A stretch of DNA of 32,000 bases from Coprobacillaceae bacterium (GTDB lineage Bacteria > Bacillota_I > Bacilli_A > Erysipelotrichales > Coprobacillaceae), in contig OY776328.1 in the NCBI GenBank assembly GCA_963675515.1, positions 60,001 through 92,000 of the forward strand, given 5' to 3'. Below are positions 10,948 to 20,443 of this stretch, piece after piece. The position numbers and the translations under genes are program-made. Each line of letters begins with the position of its first letter. Positions within the stretch are counted from its first letter, which is position 1. The notes beneath the pieces were generated by a model. The model was not told the DNA's origin. It saw only the letters and a list, made by a program, of their open reading frames with translations, and did no database searches.

Positions 10948-11277
10948 CTAATCGTCGTAGTTTTCCTGATCGATCGAATCGTCTTCTTCTTCCTCAGGTT
11001 CATCATCCTCATCATCGCTGTAGATATCGTTCATGTCGATGTGGACTTCTTCAAACAGATGGCGCTCTCTTAAGTCCCAGTAGTTTTCACCTACTGTGAT
11101 AAAGCGGCCATCAAGGGTGATGTTCGTGTAGAACAAGCTCCTTTTTTCATCGATGTCGTCGAATGTGAAATCGCGAAGCTTTTGGATCTCTTCAAACAGT
11201 TTATAGAAACTAAGGGCACCTGATGCCTGAGTCAGAATGTCGCAGGCAATGTCGGTCATTGATTTGATATTTTCCAT
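10948..11277 (-). CDS. rpoE: DNA-directed RNA polymerase delta subunit
   Basis: N-terminal HARE-HTH-like domain (MTDIACDILTQASGALSFYKLFEEI) and a strongly acidic tail (DDEDDEPEEEEDDSIDQENYDD). The start is placed at ATG 11277, behind TAAGGAG. Confidence 0.85.
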   Translation of the reverse strand: MENIKSMTDIACDILTQASGALSFYKLFEEIQKLRDFTFDDIDEKRSLFYTNITLDGRFITVGENYWDLRERHLFEEVHIDMNDIYSDDEDDEPEEEEDDSIDQENYDD

Positions 11278-11287
11278 GTATTTCTCC

Positions 11288-12949
11288 TTACATTTTTTCC
11301 GGGGCACTAACACCCAAAAGATTTAAAGCATTTTTCAGTGTGATCATGGTCGCTTTTACCAAGGCCAGACGTTGCGCCGACAGTTTTTCATTGTCTTTGT
11401 CGATCACATGACATTCATTGTAGAAGCTGTGGAACAGGGCGGCAAGTTTCTGGATATAATTGGCCACCTTATGTGGGGCACGGTTGCGCGCCGCTTCACT
11501 GATTTCATTCGGGAACTCGTTGATTATCTGGCATAATTCGATTTCCTTTGAATGCACAAGCAGCTCGAATGTATCACTTATCGCAATATTGGCCTCTTGT
11601 GCTTGCTGGAGAATCGACGCCATCCGGGCGTGGGCGTATTGAGCATAGTACACCGGATTCTCATTTGATTTCGATTTGGCCAATGTCAGATCGAAGTCGA
11701 AATGGCTGTTGGCCGCTTTGGAAACAAAGAAGTATCTTGTAGCATCGACCCCGATTTCCTCGATAAGGTTCTTGATAGTGATGGCGTTACCGGTTCTTTT
11801 TGACATCTTGACTTCCTGCCCATTTTCAACCATTCTTACCATCTGGATGATGTCGATGTTGAGCTGATCGGCATTGTATCCCAACGCCTGGATTGCGGCT
11901 TTCATCCTATTAATGTAACCATGGTGGTCAGCACCAAGCAAATCCACCAGATACTCATATCCACGATCCAGCTTATTGAGATGGTAGGCGATATCAGGCG
12001 TCAGGTAGGTATAAGTTCCATCCGACTTGATCAAAACCCGGTCCTTGTCATCGTTGAAATCAGTTGACCTGAACCAAAGCGCACCGTCTTGTTGGTATGT
12101 ATATCCGGCCGCTGTAAGTTTCTCAATTGCCGGAACAATCTTATTATCATCATACAAAGAGGTTTCCGAGAACCAGTTGTCGAATTCCACCCGGTACTCT
12201 TGCAATACGTCCTTGATTTTTTCCAGCTCGTAGAATTTCCCCCGTTCTTTGAAAAATTCAAGAGCCTCTCCTTTAGGAGCGTTTAAGTATTTGTCGCCAA
12301 CTTCATCTTTCAATTTCAATGCGATGTCAATAATATCCTGGCCATGGTAGCCGTCATCAGGCAGCTTGATGTCCTGTCCGAAGCTTTCAAGATAGCGGGA
12401 ATACAGAGAAATGGCCAAATTCGCAATCTGGTTGCCAGCGTCGTTGATGTAATATTCGCGGGTCACATCGTAACCGGCAAAATCCATTATCCGGCAAATC
12501 GAATCACCGACTGCCGCACCTTTGGCATGGCCAAGATGGAGGTCTCCGGTAGGGTTGGCCGATACGAACTCCACATTATATTTGGCTTGGCCTCCCGCAT
12601 CGGTCTTCCCGTAACTGTCACCCGCTTCAATTACCGTCTTGATTACCGCGCTGATTGCCGTCTTTTTCATTATTATGTTGATGAATCCCGGACCGGCAAT
12701 TTCCAATTCTTCAATTTCAAATTTTTCCCTGTCAACATTGGCGATGATCGCTCCGGCAATCTCCCGGGGATTCTTGCGCAGCATTTTTGTGAGCTGCATC
12801 GCAATATTTGTCGCATAATCCCCATGGTTCTTGTCTTTGGGGATTTCGATGGTAATTGTTGTCTCGTCATATTCTTGACAAAAACCACTCTTGATAAGGG
12901 CATCCTTGAATGCGATTTGTAAAGAGTGTTCGATTTTGTTGGTTGGCAT
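11288..12949 (-). CDS. argS: arginine--tRNA ligase
   Basis: 553 aa with class I motifs: a HIGH-type motif (ANPTGDLHLGHAKG) and a KMSK-type motif (VKMSKRTGN). Confidence 0.95.
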   Translation of the reverse strand: MPTNKIEHSLQIAFKDALIKSGFCQEYDETTITIEIPKDKNHGDYATNIAMQLTKMLRKNPREIAGAIIANVDREKFEIEELEIAGPGFINIIMKKTAISAVIKTVIEAGDSYGKTDAGGQAKYNVEFVSANPTGDLHLGHAKGAAVGDSICRIMDFAGYDVTREYYINDAGNQIANLAISLYSRYLESFGQDIKLPDDGYHGQDIIDIALKLKDEVGDKYLNAPKGEALEFFKERGKFYELEKIKDVLQEYRVEFDNWFSETSLYDDNKIVPAIEKLTAAGYTYQQDGALWFRSTDFNDDKDRVLIKSDGTYTYLTPDIAYHLNKLDRGYEYLVDLLGADHHGYINRMKAAIQALGYNADQLNIDIIQMVRMVENGQEVKMSKRTGNAITIKNLIEEIGVDATRYFFVSKAANSHFDFDLTLAKSKSNENPVYYAQYAHARMASILQQAQEANIAISDTFELLVHSKEIELCQIINEFPNEISEAARNRAPHKVANYIQKLAALFHSFYNECHVIDKDNEKLSAQRLALVKATMITLKNALNLLGVSAPEKM

Positions 12950-12978
12950 TTTTCTCCTCCTTGAATTATATCTTTATT

Positions 12979-13007
12979 AAGTTACCAAAAAAAAGGCTTT
13001 AAGTCAA
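12979..13007 (-). promoter_or_regulatory. candidate sigma-A promoter (extended -10) for argS-rpoE
   Basis: Minus strand reads TTGACT (13007-13002), a 17-nt spacer ending in TGg, then TAACTT (12984-12979). Confidence 0.4.
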
Positions 13008-13018
13008 TGAAAGTTAGC

Positions 13019-14530
13019 TTATAATAGCGGTGCAAACAGCCGCAGGATGAATCCTGCCAGTTTGTTGAAACGAAAACTGTCAAGTTCTTTTCTGGTTATC
13101 AGCTGACTCTTCGCGAATGTCTCGTCAAAATCCTGTTTGATTGTTGCAATTGTCTTCGACCGGTAGAGAATGACTCCGCACTCGAAATGCAGGAAAAGAC
13201 TTCGGTAATCAAGGTTGATTGTGCCGACCACAGCCACCTTGTCGTCGATTATGAAATTTTTCGAGTGAATGAATCCCGGGGTATACTCATAGATTCTCAC
13301 TCCCCCTTCAATGAGGTTTTCATAGAATGAGCGGGTCACATAATAGACAAGTTTCTTGTCGGGTATGCCCGGAGTGACGATCCGCACATCGACATCCCTC
13401 TTGACCGCCAAAGTAAGGGCTTTGTACAAAGTCTCATTCAAGACAAGATAAGGCGTGAAAATATAGATGTATTTTTTGGCGTTGTTGATCAGGTTCAAAT
13501 ACACATTTTCCCCTACCGGCTCATTGTCCAGGGGGCTGTCGCCATAAGGGATTATCAAGCCATCGCTTTGGTTTTTTTGCTCATAGTTGCCGGGATGATA
13601 CAAGAAAAAGTCCTCATATGTGTTCTTGCTGGCGTTCCAGGTTGTCAAGAACATCTTCGTCAATGACCAGGTTGCCATCCCTTCGATCTTGATCCCCGCA
13701 TCTTTCCAATGCCCAAAACGGACAATCCTGTTGATATATTCATCGGCGATATTGAACCCGCCGCTGTATCCGATGGTCCCGTCGATCACTGTGATTTTGC
13801 GGTGATCCCGGTTGTTCATCGCGATCGAAAGAAAAGGGACAAATGGGTTGAAGGCCACCATCCTGATGCCGGCATCTTTCATCTTTTTGAACAGCTTCTT
13901 CTTGCCCCATCCGATCGAACCGAAATCGTCATACATGAAACGCACTTCCACTCCTGAAAGCGACTTCTCGATCAGGGCCGATGCAATCGTGTCGAACATA
14001 TAACCCTTGTCCACTATAAAATACTCCATGAAGACAAAGTGCCGGGCATTCTGGATATCGGCAAGCAAATCTTCATAATTGTCGTCGCCCAGGGGGTAGT
14101 ATTTCGAGATTGTGTTTTCATAGGTCGGAAACCCGATCCGGTTAAGATACGAAAACTGCCCCTTGTAGTCCTCATCGATACCTTCAGGCATCGAGTGACG
14201 GTCATTCAGGGTCAGCACATAGCGTCCCTGCCGCTGGAAACTGTCCCGCATCTGGCGCGACGGTCTCTTGTTTCCGACGGCCAGATACATCAGCCCCCCA
14301 AACAATGGGGCGATTGTGATCACAATCGACCAGATCAGCTTATATCCCGAATCATCATCCTTATTTATGATATACAGCAAAGTCAGGAAGCTGATAATCC
14401 GTAAAAAGCCGTCGATGTAGATGGATATGTCGGAGAGGAAAAACATCATCAGCAAGACCCAGATAAGTTGCACCAGGATAAGCATGCCAAAAATAAAGAT
14501 CTTACTTGTTATGTACTTGGACAATTTCAT
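13019..14530 (-). CDS. cls: cardiolipin synthase (phospholipase D superfamily)
   Basis: 503 aa with N-terminal TM helices and two HKD motifs (HRKITVIDG and HSKNFIIDD). It overlaps the upstream DUF1934 gene by 29 nt. Confidence 0.9.
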   Translation of the reverse strand: MKLSKYITSKIFIFGMLILVQLIWVLLMMFFLSDISIYIDGFLRIISFLTLLYIINKDDDSGYKLIWSIVITIAPLFGGLMYLAVGNKRPSRQMRDSFQRQGRYVLTLNDRHSMPEGIDEDYKGQFSYLNRIGFPTYENTISKYYPLGDDNYEDLLADIQNARHFVFMEYFIVDKGYMFDTIASALIEKSLSGVEVRFMYDDFGSIGWGKKKLFKKMKDAGIRMVAFNPFVPFLSIAMNNRDHRKITVIDGTIGYSGGFNIADEYINRIVRFGHWKDAGIKIEGMATWSLTKMFLTTWNASKNTYEDFFLYHPGNYEQKNQSDGLIIPYGDSPLDNEPVGENVYLNLINNAKKYIYIFTPYLVLNETLYKALTLAVKRDVDVRIVTPGIPDKKLVYYVTRSFYENLIEGGVRIYEYTPGFIHSKNFIIDDKVAVVGTINLDYRSLFLHFECGVILYRSKTIATIKQDFDETFAKSQLITRKELDSFRFNKLAGFILRLFAPLL

Positions 14531-14909
14531 TTCCAGTCACCCCATCCCTGATGTTCACCACAATAAATACGTCACTGATCTTGACATCATTTGCACATAG
14601 TGCGTATTTTATTTTCAAATTCGGTTTGCAGTGTTGAAACATAAGCAGTCTGCTTTCAAGTTCGATATTTCCATATTGCGTTTGATAGTCGTTGAGCAAC
14701 TCCATTTCCCCGACCACCAGGGTTGCCTGATTGTTGGTGAGGTAGATCAACTCATCCCTTTTTTCGATTCCAATAGTGTTGCCGTTGGCGAAAAAGTTCA
14801 AAGTGAAGCCGGATTCGGTTTCAACATATTCGCCAACTTCCTGATACTCAATTGTTTCTTGATGTTCATCATATTTGATGATGCTTCTATATCTTATTCT
14901 TACTTTCAT
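14502..14909 (-). CDS. DUF1934 (YwiB-like) beta-barrel protein
   Basis: 135 aa, small and acidic. Sequence style and position next to cls/argS match the YwiB/DUF1934 family, recognised from memory only. Confidence 0.55.
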   Translation of the reverse strand: MKVRIRYRSIIKYDEHQETIEYQEVGEYVETESGFTLNFFANGNTIGIEKRDELIYLTNNQATLVVGEMELLNDYQTQYGNIELESRLLMFQHCKPNLKIKYALCANDVKISDVFIVVNIRDGVTGNEIVQVHNK

Positions 14910-14959
14910 TAAATCACCACTGCGATTATATCATAAACCATGGAATAATCGCCATAAAT

Positions 14960-16189
14960 TTATTTAGGGAAATAGATTTTATGGGCCTCTTTGTTTTTCT
15001 TTGAATTGACGATGGCCCCGACAATCTCGCTCATCTGCAAAAACGGGATCAGTCGATCGTTTTTGACGATTTCAATTTCGCCAATCTGGTGGCTGTCACC
15101 ATAATAATGGTAAAGTACCGCCTGCTGGGTATCGATGCTCACATAATAATCGGTGTCGAACCCTCTTATTTTCTGTCTGGTCTTAATATTGTCCACAATT
15201 GAATTGTCTTCACTGTCGATGTCGATATAGCCAAGCAGATCCCGGTCCAGAAAACGCCGGCACAGGTCAGAGAGGATGTCGTCATTGCAGTTTGCGAATT
15301 TGTGGAAATAATACAGCACTACTGCCTCATCAAGGGCGATATAGTCTTTTGCCGTGACCCGTCCTTCAAGAAAAGGAAGAAGGTATCCGACATCACCAAA
15401 ATCATATTTAAGACTGTACAGGTGCTTGATTCTTTTGAAGATCGATTTGAGGATTATCTCATAACTGCGGCCAACAGGATGGAAATACACCTGCCAATAC
15501 ATGTGATAGCGAGCCAGGATATAGTCTTCAATGGCCTGAACACCGCTATGTTTATAAACCAGTTTATTATCCTTGACCCGGATACAGCGGATGATCCGCG
15601 CCAGATCGAACTGGCCATAGCTTACCCCGGTGAAATACGAGTCACGAAGAAGATAATCCATCCGGTCCGCATCAAGTTGCGATGAGACCAGTGAAACAAG
15701 GATTGAATTTTGATGGGTCTTTTCGATTATCGCACAGACATCATCAACCATACGCTCACTTACTTTACCAAGAATATCTGAGATCTCCGGGCATTCCCTG
15801 ATGATCTTGACCGTGAAGAGCTCATGGGAGTCGCCAAAGATATCCTCGAACGAATGGGAAAAAGGTCCGTGACCCAAGTCATGGAGCAGCCCGGCAACCA
15901 TGGCACATAGATATTCGTAATCAGTCAAATGTTTTGCGATCACACTTTTGGACACCATTTCAACAACAATCCAGTATACTCCAAGCGAATGCGAAAACCG
16001 GGTATGTTCCCCTCCCGGATAGGCCTGTGAAGTCCCTCCGAGCTGCTTGATCCTGCGCAACCTCTGGAATTGCGGCGTGTCGATAAGATCAAGAATGACC
16101 TGGTTGTCGATCGTAATATAATTGTGAATAGGATCGCGAATTACCCTGACATCCTGCAATGCGATGCTTTGTAATGTGAAATCTTTCAT
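14960..16189 (-). CDS. HD-domain phosphohydrolase (SAMHD1/YwfO-like dNTP triphosphohydrolase family)
   Basis: Has RFSHSLGV and LLHDLGHGPFSH, plus DADRMDYLLRD. The start is placed at ATG 16189 behind GGAGGG; the tracked GTG 16207 would sit on the SD. Confidence 0.85.
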   Translation of the reverse strand: MKDFTLQSIALQDVRVIRDPIHNYITIDNQVILDLIDTPQFQRLRRIKQLGGTSQAYPGGEHTRFSHSLGVYWIVVEMVSKSVIAKHLTDYEYLCAMVAGLLHDLGHGPFSHSFEDIFGDSHELFTVKIIRECPEISDILGKVSERMVDDVCAIIEKTHQNSILVSLVSSQLDADRMDYLLRDSYFTGVSYGQFDLARIIRCIRVKDNKLVYKHSGVQAIEDYILARYHMYWQVYFHPVGRSYEIILKSIFKRIKHLYSLKYDFGDVGYLLPFLEGRVTAKDYIALDEAVVLYYFHKFANCNDDILSDLCRRFLDRDLLGYIDIDSEDNSIVDNIKTRQKIRGFDTDYYVSIDTQQAVLYHYYGDSHQIGEIEIVKNDRLIPFLQMSEIVGAIVNSKKNKEAHKIYFPK

Positions 16190-16297
16190 CTTCAACCCTC
16201 CTAACACTGATTATACAAAAAAAAACACCCTGATAGTAGCATTTTAGCCATTTTTGCCACAATGACATAAAAAATTAAGATTATTTGTCCAAGTGTC

Positions 16298-16326
16298 AAA
16301 AAAAAGCCCGGCATTTTACGCCAAGC
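16298..16326 (-). terminator. probable rho-independent terminator downstream of dfx
   Basis: Minus strand reads CUUGGC-GUAAAAU-GCCGGG (6 bp including two G.U pairs), followed by an 8-U tract. Confidence 0.45.
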
Positions 16327-16370
16327 TTATTTCCCACTTCTATTTTCCCTGAAAAAAGATTACCTGAATA

Positions 16371-16742
16371 TTATAAATCCTTTTTCCACAAACCATGCAA
16401 GTTGCAATATTCATATACTGCCACTGCTTTTTTACCTGCAACATTGAAAGTCGCTTTTGGCGCTTCATTAGGGTTCAGATCTTTGCGGTATGTTCCATCT
16501 TCCAATTCAACCACGACAAATTGGATATAGTGTTCTTCAGTCATTGGGTGTTCAACCGCACCGACAACGACATCCAGAACGTCTCCATCGACTGTTGCCA
16601 CCGGAACATGTTTTTCAACCGCAGCGTCAACTGTATTTGCTTTCAACTCTTCCATTGGTTGTCCGCAGCATACCAATTCACCGCCACCGCTTTTCACTAA
16701 CTCAACAATATTTCCACAGACATTACATTTAAAAAATTTCAT
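16371..16742 (-). CDS. dfx: desulfoferrodoxin (2Fe superoxide reductase)
   Basis: 123 aa with an N-terminal desulforedoxin-like Cys cluster (CNVCGN...VCCGQPM) and a neelaredoxin domain (EKHVPV, HPMTEEHYIQ, CNLHGLW). Confidence 0.9.
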   Translation of the reverse strand: MKFFKCNVCGNIVELVKSGGGELVCCGQPMEELKANTVDAAVEKHVPVATVDGDVLDVVVGAVEHPMTEEHYIQFVVVELEDGTYRKDLNPNEAPKATFNVAGKKAVAVYEYCNLHGLWKKDL

Positions 16743-16916
16743 CAGAACTGCCTCCTTTTTTCACTTTATGATACAATTTTAGCACCTTACTTCGCTTATT
16801 GAAAGCAATACGCTTATTTTTTTCATAATTGTGAAATTTCATATCTTGGAAAAACGGCATGATTAATTTTTATCCCGATACAATAGAGCCATAAACTAAA
16901 GGAGGACTTTTTTTAA

Positions 16917-18296
16917 ATGAAAGGTGTAAAAATTGTAACAATAGGCGGGGGTAGTTCTTATACTCCTGAATTAATGGAAGGTTTCATCAAACGATACGAC
17001 GAATTGCCAATTCGCGAAATCTGGTTGGTCGATATCGAAGATGGTAAAGAAAAAATGGAAATCGTCGGGAAAATGGCCCAAAGAATGTGGGATGCATCTC
17101 CTTATGACGTAAAAGTGCATTTGACATTAGATCGCCGCGAAGCTTTGAAAGATGCTGACTTCGTAACTACTCAGTTCCGTGTCGGATTATTGAACGCCCG
17201 CATCAAAGACGAAAGAATCCCATTAAGCTATGGTATCATGGGTCAAGAAACAAATGGTGCCGGAGGAATCTTCAAAGCATTGAGAACAATCCCTGTAATC
17301 TTGAGCATCGTTGAAGATATGAAAGAATTATGTCCGGACGCATGGTTGGTAAACTTCACTAATCCATCTGGAATGGTTACTGAAGCAATCCTTAGATACG
17401 GTAAATGGGAAAAAGTCATCGGATTATGCAACGTTCCAGTAGGAGCAATGATGGCTGAACCTGAAATGCTTGGAATGAAACTTGAAGATATGAACTACAA
17501 ATTTGCCGGATTGAACCATTTCCACTGGCATAGAGTATTCGACAAAGCTGGAAACAACATAACTCAAAAAATCATCGACCGCATGTATGACACTGACGCT
17601 GGAATCCCTGCGAACATCGCTGATTGCCCGATCACAAAAGAAATCGTTGATCAAATGCAAATGATTCCTTGCGGATACCACCGTTACTACTACATGCAAA
17701 CAGACATGTTGGAACATTTGTTGGAGGATTACAACGGTAAAGGAACACGTGCTGAACAAGTTAAACAGACTGAAGCTGAACTGTTCGAATTATACAAAGA
17801 TCCTAACTTGGATCACAAACCTGAACAATTGGCTAAACGTGGTGGGGCTCACTACTCTGATGCCGCTTGTGAAACAATCGCTTCAATCTACGGAGACAAG
17901 AAGACTCATATCGTAGTTTCAACTCGCAACAATGGTGCCATTCCTTTCTTGCCTACTGACTGCGCAGTTGAAGTATCAACATACATGACAAGTGCCGGTC
18001 CGATGGCAATCGCGTGGGGTGACATGGACTACGCTTCTAAAGGTTGGCTTCAAGCTATGAAAAACATGGAACAAGCCACAATCGAAGCTGCAGTTACCGG
18101 AGATTACGGTTTGTTATTGCAAGCATTGACATTGAACCCACAAGTTTCAGGTGGAACTACAACTAAACGTGTATGTGATGAATTATTGATCGCCCACAAA
18201 AAATATTTGCCTCAATTCGCTGCAAAAATCGCAGAATTGGAAGCAGAAGGAATCACAGTCAAGGATGAAAAAGTTCAAGCTATCCTTGATAAATAA
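16917..18296 (+). CDS. glycoside hydrolase family 4, LicH/ChbF-like 6-phospho-beta-glucosidase
   Basis: 459 aa. The N-terminus KIVTIGGGSSYTPELMEGFIKRYDELPIREIWLVDI and the segments DADFVTTQFRVGLL...DERIPL...GQETNG...NFTNPSGMVTEA closely follow B. subtilis LicH as I remember it. AGGAGG SD. Confidence 0.85.
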   Translation: MKGVKIVTIGGGSSYTPELMEGFIKRYDELPIREIWLVDIEDGKEKMEIVGKMAQRMWDASPYDVKVHLTLDRREALKDADFVTTQFRVGLLNARIKDERIPLSYGIMGQETNGAGGIFKALRTIPVILSIVEDMKELCPDAWLVNFTNPSGMVTEAILRYGKWEKVIGLCNVPVGAMMAEPEMLGMKLEDMNYKFAGLNHFHWHRVFDKAGNNITQKIIDRMYDTDAGIPANIADCPITKEIVDQMQMIPCGYHRYYYMQTDMLEHLLEDYNGKGTRAEQVKQTEAELFELYKDPNLDHKPEQLAKRGGAHYSDAACETIASIYGDKKTHIVVSTRNNGAIPFLPTDCAVEVSTYMTSAGPMAIAWGDMDYASKGWLQAMKNMEQATIEAAVTGDYGLLLQALTLNPQVSGGTTTKRVCDELLIAHKKYLPQFAAKIAELEAEGITVKDEKVQAILDK

Positions 18297-18346
18297 TCTT
18301 ACTCTAAGTATAATTATGTAATATTTGAGAGATAAGGTGAAAATAA

Positions 18347-19558
18347 ATGAGTAAAACTACAAAATTGAACATCAACTACGGAATCATCCAGGCCTTGTAT
18401 TACAGTGCCCTTTGCGCCATTAACGGGTTCGCTTCGGTCTACATGCTTAACGCCGGGATTTCGAATTCAGTAATCGGGCTTTCATTGGCTTTGGCCAATG
18501 TCTTCGCTTTCGTCATTCAGCCGTTCATCGCGGCATATCTTGACCAGCATAAAGAGATCCCCATTTCCCGGGCGATTTCACTGATGGTTATGATAATTGT
18601 CTTGGCGAGCGGAATGCTGTTCGTATTCCACAACCCAATGTTTGTGACGGTATTCCAGATTGCCATTATAACAATCGGACTTTGCCTGATTCCTTTGATA
18701 AACACCTTGGCCTTTGCCTTTGAAAAGCATGGGATTGAATTGAATTATTCGATTCCACGTGGGATTGGCTCGGGTGCCTATGCGAGCGCTTCGCTGTTTC
18801 TAGGTTGGTTTACCAGCCGCTACAATGCAAACCTGCTGCCATTGTTCTATATCATCTTCACTTCCGCTATGCTTGTGAGTCTCCAGCAGTTCAGACTGCC
18901 AAAAGACTCTTATTCAACCAGCGAAGTCGGTGAAGCAGCGGAGCAAACACAGCACAGAGAACTTACTCTAGGCAAATTCGTAACGGAATACAAAATGTTT
19001 ATGGTTGTCTTGGCTGGTTGCTTTTTGATCTACATCAGTCACTTGGTAGTCAACAACTTCGCCTTCCAGATCATCTCCAATGTCGGAGGCAACTCCGGAA
19101 ACATGGGGATTGCAGTTTCAATTGCGGCCTATGTGGAGATTCCTGTCATGTTCATGTTCAGCAGAATCAAGCGCAGATTTTCCTTGAATTCCCTTTTCAT
19201 CTTCTCAGGGGTCATGTTTGTGGCGAAAACTGCGGTTACCTGGCTGGCACCTAGCGTCGGCTTCATCTATTTCGCCCAGGCGCTGCAGATGTTCGCCTAT
19301 GCGCCATTCATCCTATGCACGGTCTACTATGTCAACGAAGCAATCAGCCCGGCTGACAAGGTTAAAGGTCAGTCGTTCATGACGATGGCCATGACACTTT
19401 CGGGGATTGTCGCATCATTGGCCAGCGGGGTTCTAATAGACAGTGTCGGTGTCAAGATGCTGCTGCTTTACACGACAATCTTGACAATCGGCGGCCTGGT
19501 TGTATTCGCTTTAGGAATTCTGGCCAACCGCAAGAATCTTATTTACAAACAAGACTAA
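18347..19558 (+). CDS. MFS transporter (12-TM permease, substrate unknown)
   Basis: 403 aa, hydrophobic throughout, with a central hydrophilic loop (PKDSYSTSEVGEAAEQTQHRE) typical of the 6+6 MFS topology. Confidence 0.75.
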   Translation: MSKTTKLNINYGIIQALYYSALCAINGFASVYMLNAGISNSVIGLSLALANVFAFVIQPFIAAYLDQHKEIPISRAISLMVMIIVLASGMLFVFHNPMFVTVFQIAIITIGLCLIPLINTLAFAFEKHGIELNYSIPRGIGSGAYASASLFLGWFTSRYNANLLPLFYIIFTSAMLVSLQQFRLPKDSYSTSEVGEAAEQTQHRELTLGKFVTEYKMFMVVLAGCFLIYISHLVVNNFAFQIISNVGGNSGNMGIAVSIAAYVEIPVMFMFSRIKRRFSLNSLFIFSGVMFVAKTAVTWLAPSVGFIYFAQALQMFAYAPFILCTVYYVNEAISPADKVKGQSFMTMAMTLSGIVASLASGVLIDSVGVKMLLLYTTILTIGGLVVFALGILANRKNLIYKQD

Positions 19559-19574
19559 AATCAAATATTACGCC

Positions 19575-19603
19575 AAAAGGTGAGAGAAATTCTCACCTTT
19601 TTT
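19575..19603 (+). terminator. rho-independent terminator after the MFS gene
   Basis: Stem GGTGAGA/TCTCACC (19579-19585 / 19591-19597) followed by TTTTTT. Confidence 0.8.
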
Positions 19604-19712
19604 AGCGCAACAAATTGGCGACAGACAGCTCCAGTGTCCCCTAAAAACAAATGCTCCAGATCCTATTATGACGACAACCCACACCGAAAGTCCCTTTCTT
19701 TGATTGTAAGAC

Positions 19713-19754
19713 AAAAAACACCTCGGAATCGAAGTTATTTTGATTCCGGGGTGT
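19713..19754 (-). terminator. rho-independent terminator after the GntR gene
   Basis: 13-bp stem 19718-19730 / 19742-19754 (one mismatch). On the minus strand it is followed by a 6-U tract (A-run 19713-19718). Confidence 0.75.
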
Positions 19755-19765
19755 TTTAAATCATA

Positions 19766-20440
19766 TTAGTTGTCTTTGCTTTCGTAGTAGTGTTTGACAA
19801 GAAACTGGGTCTTGCGGATATGCTTTTTTACCTTCTCGACCGCGCGTTTTTTGTCTCCGGCCAGGATGGCTTCGTAAATCTCACGATGCTCAATTGCCGC
19901 CGAATCCAGACGGTTCGGCTGCTTGATTGAATGACGTGAAGTCACATGGATATAGTAATTGATATCCCGAAGCAGCTGTTCGAAATACTGCGACTGTGTG
20001 CCTTTGTAGATTGATTCATGAAAAGCAATGTTGGCATCGTTGAATTTGTCCTGGTCGCGTACTTTTGAGGCTTCTTCCATCGCCAGATACGCTTCCTTGA
20101 TCTTGTCCAACTGAACCGAGTTGATTCTTTCAATCGCCAATTCTACCGCCAACGCCTCAAGGACATAGCGTATTTCCAGCATGTCATTGATATCACGGTG
20201 AGAAAAACCAATTACGAACACGCCTTTGTTTGGCTCCGAGCGGACCAAGCCCTCAAGCTCGAGCTGTTTCAAAGCTTCGCGAATCGGCGTTCTTGATATC
20301 TGCAATTCCTTCGATAAAGCAACCTCATTGAGCTTCTGACCTTTGGCATATTCCTCGTTCAAAATACGGTCACGCAGGATGTTGAAGATCTTGTTCCCCA
20401 GCGATCCGTGACCTGTATTTTCTAAAATGGCTTTTTTCAT
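19766..20440 (-). CDS. GntR-family transcriptional regulator, FadR-like (FCD C-terminal domain)
   Basis: 224 aa with an N-terminal winged HTH (LNEVALSKELQISRTPIREALKQLELEGLV) and an all-helical C-terminal domain. Confidence 0.85.
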   Translation of the reverse strand: MKKAILENTGHGSLGNKIFNILRDRILNEEYAKGQKLNEVALSKELQISRTPIREALKQLELEGLVRSEPNKGVFVIGFSHRDINDMLEIRYVLEALAVELAIERINSVQLDKIKEAYLAMEEASKVRDQDKFNDANIAFHESIYKGTQSQYFEQLLRDINYYIHVTSRHSIKQPNRLDSAAIEHREIYEAILAGDKKRAVEKVKKHIRKTQFLVKHYYESKDN

Positions 20441-20443
20441 GGT

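Noticed and set aside
12344-12922. 192-aa plus-strand ORF
   Set aside because: It is antisense to argS and is a shadow ORF.
12950-13018. Possible T-box leader upstream of argS
   Set aside because: Only 69 nt separate argS from cls, too short for a T-box riboswitch. No specifier or antiterminator structure is visible. A simple promoter fits better.
16743-16916. cre-like (TGAAAGCAATAC) and Rex-like (TTGTGAAATTTCAT) sequences in the dfx/GH4 intergenic region
   Set aside because: Both match only one half of the respective consensus. The central CG of cre and the second Rex half-site are missing.
19605-19710. ~100-nt unassigned stretch between two convergent terminators with a repeated GCTCCAG heptamer
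   Set aside because: It has no ORF, no convincing secondary structure and no promoter. A 7-mer repeated twice is not significant.
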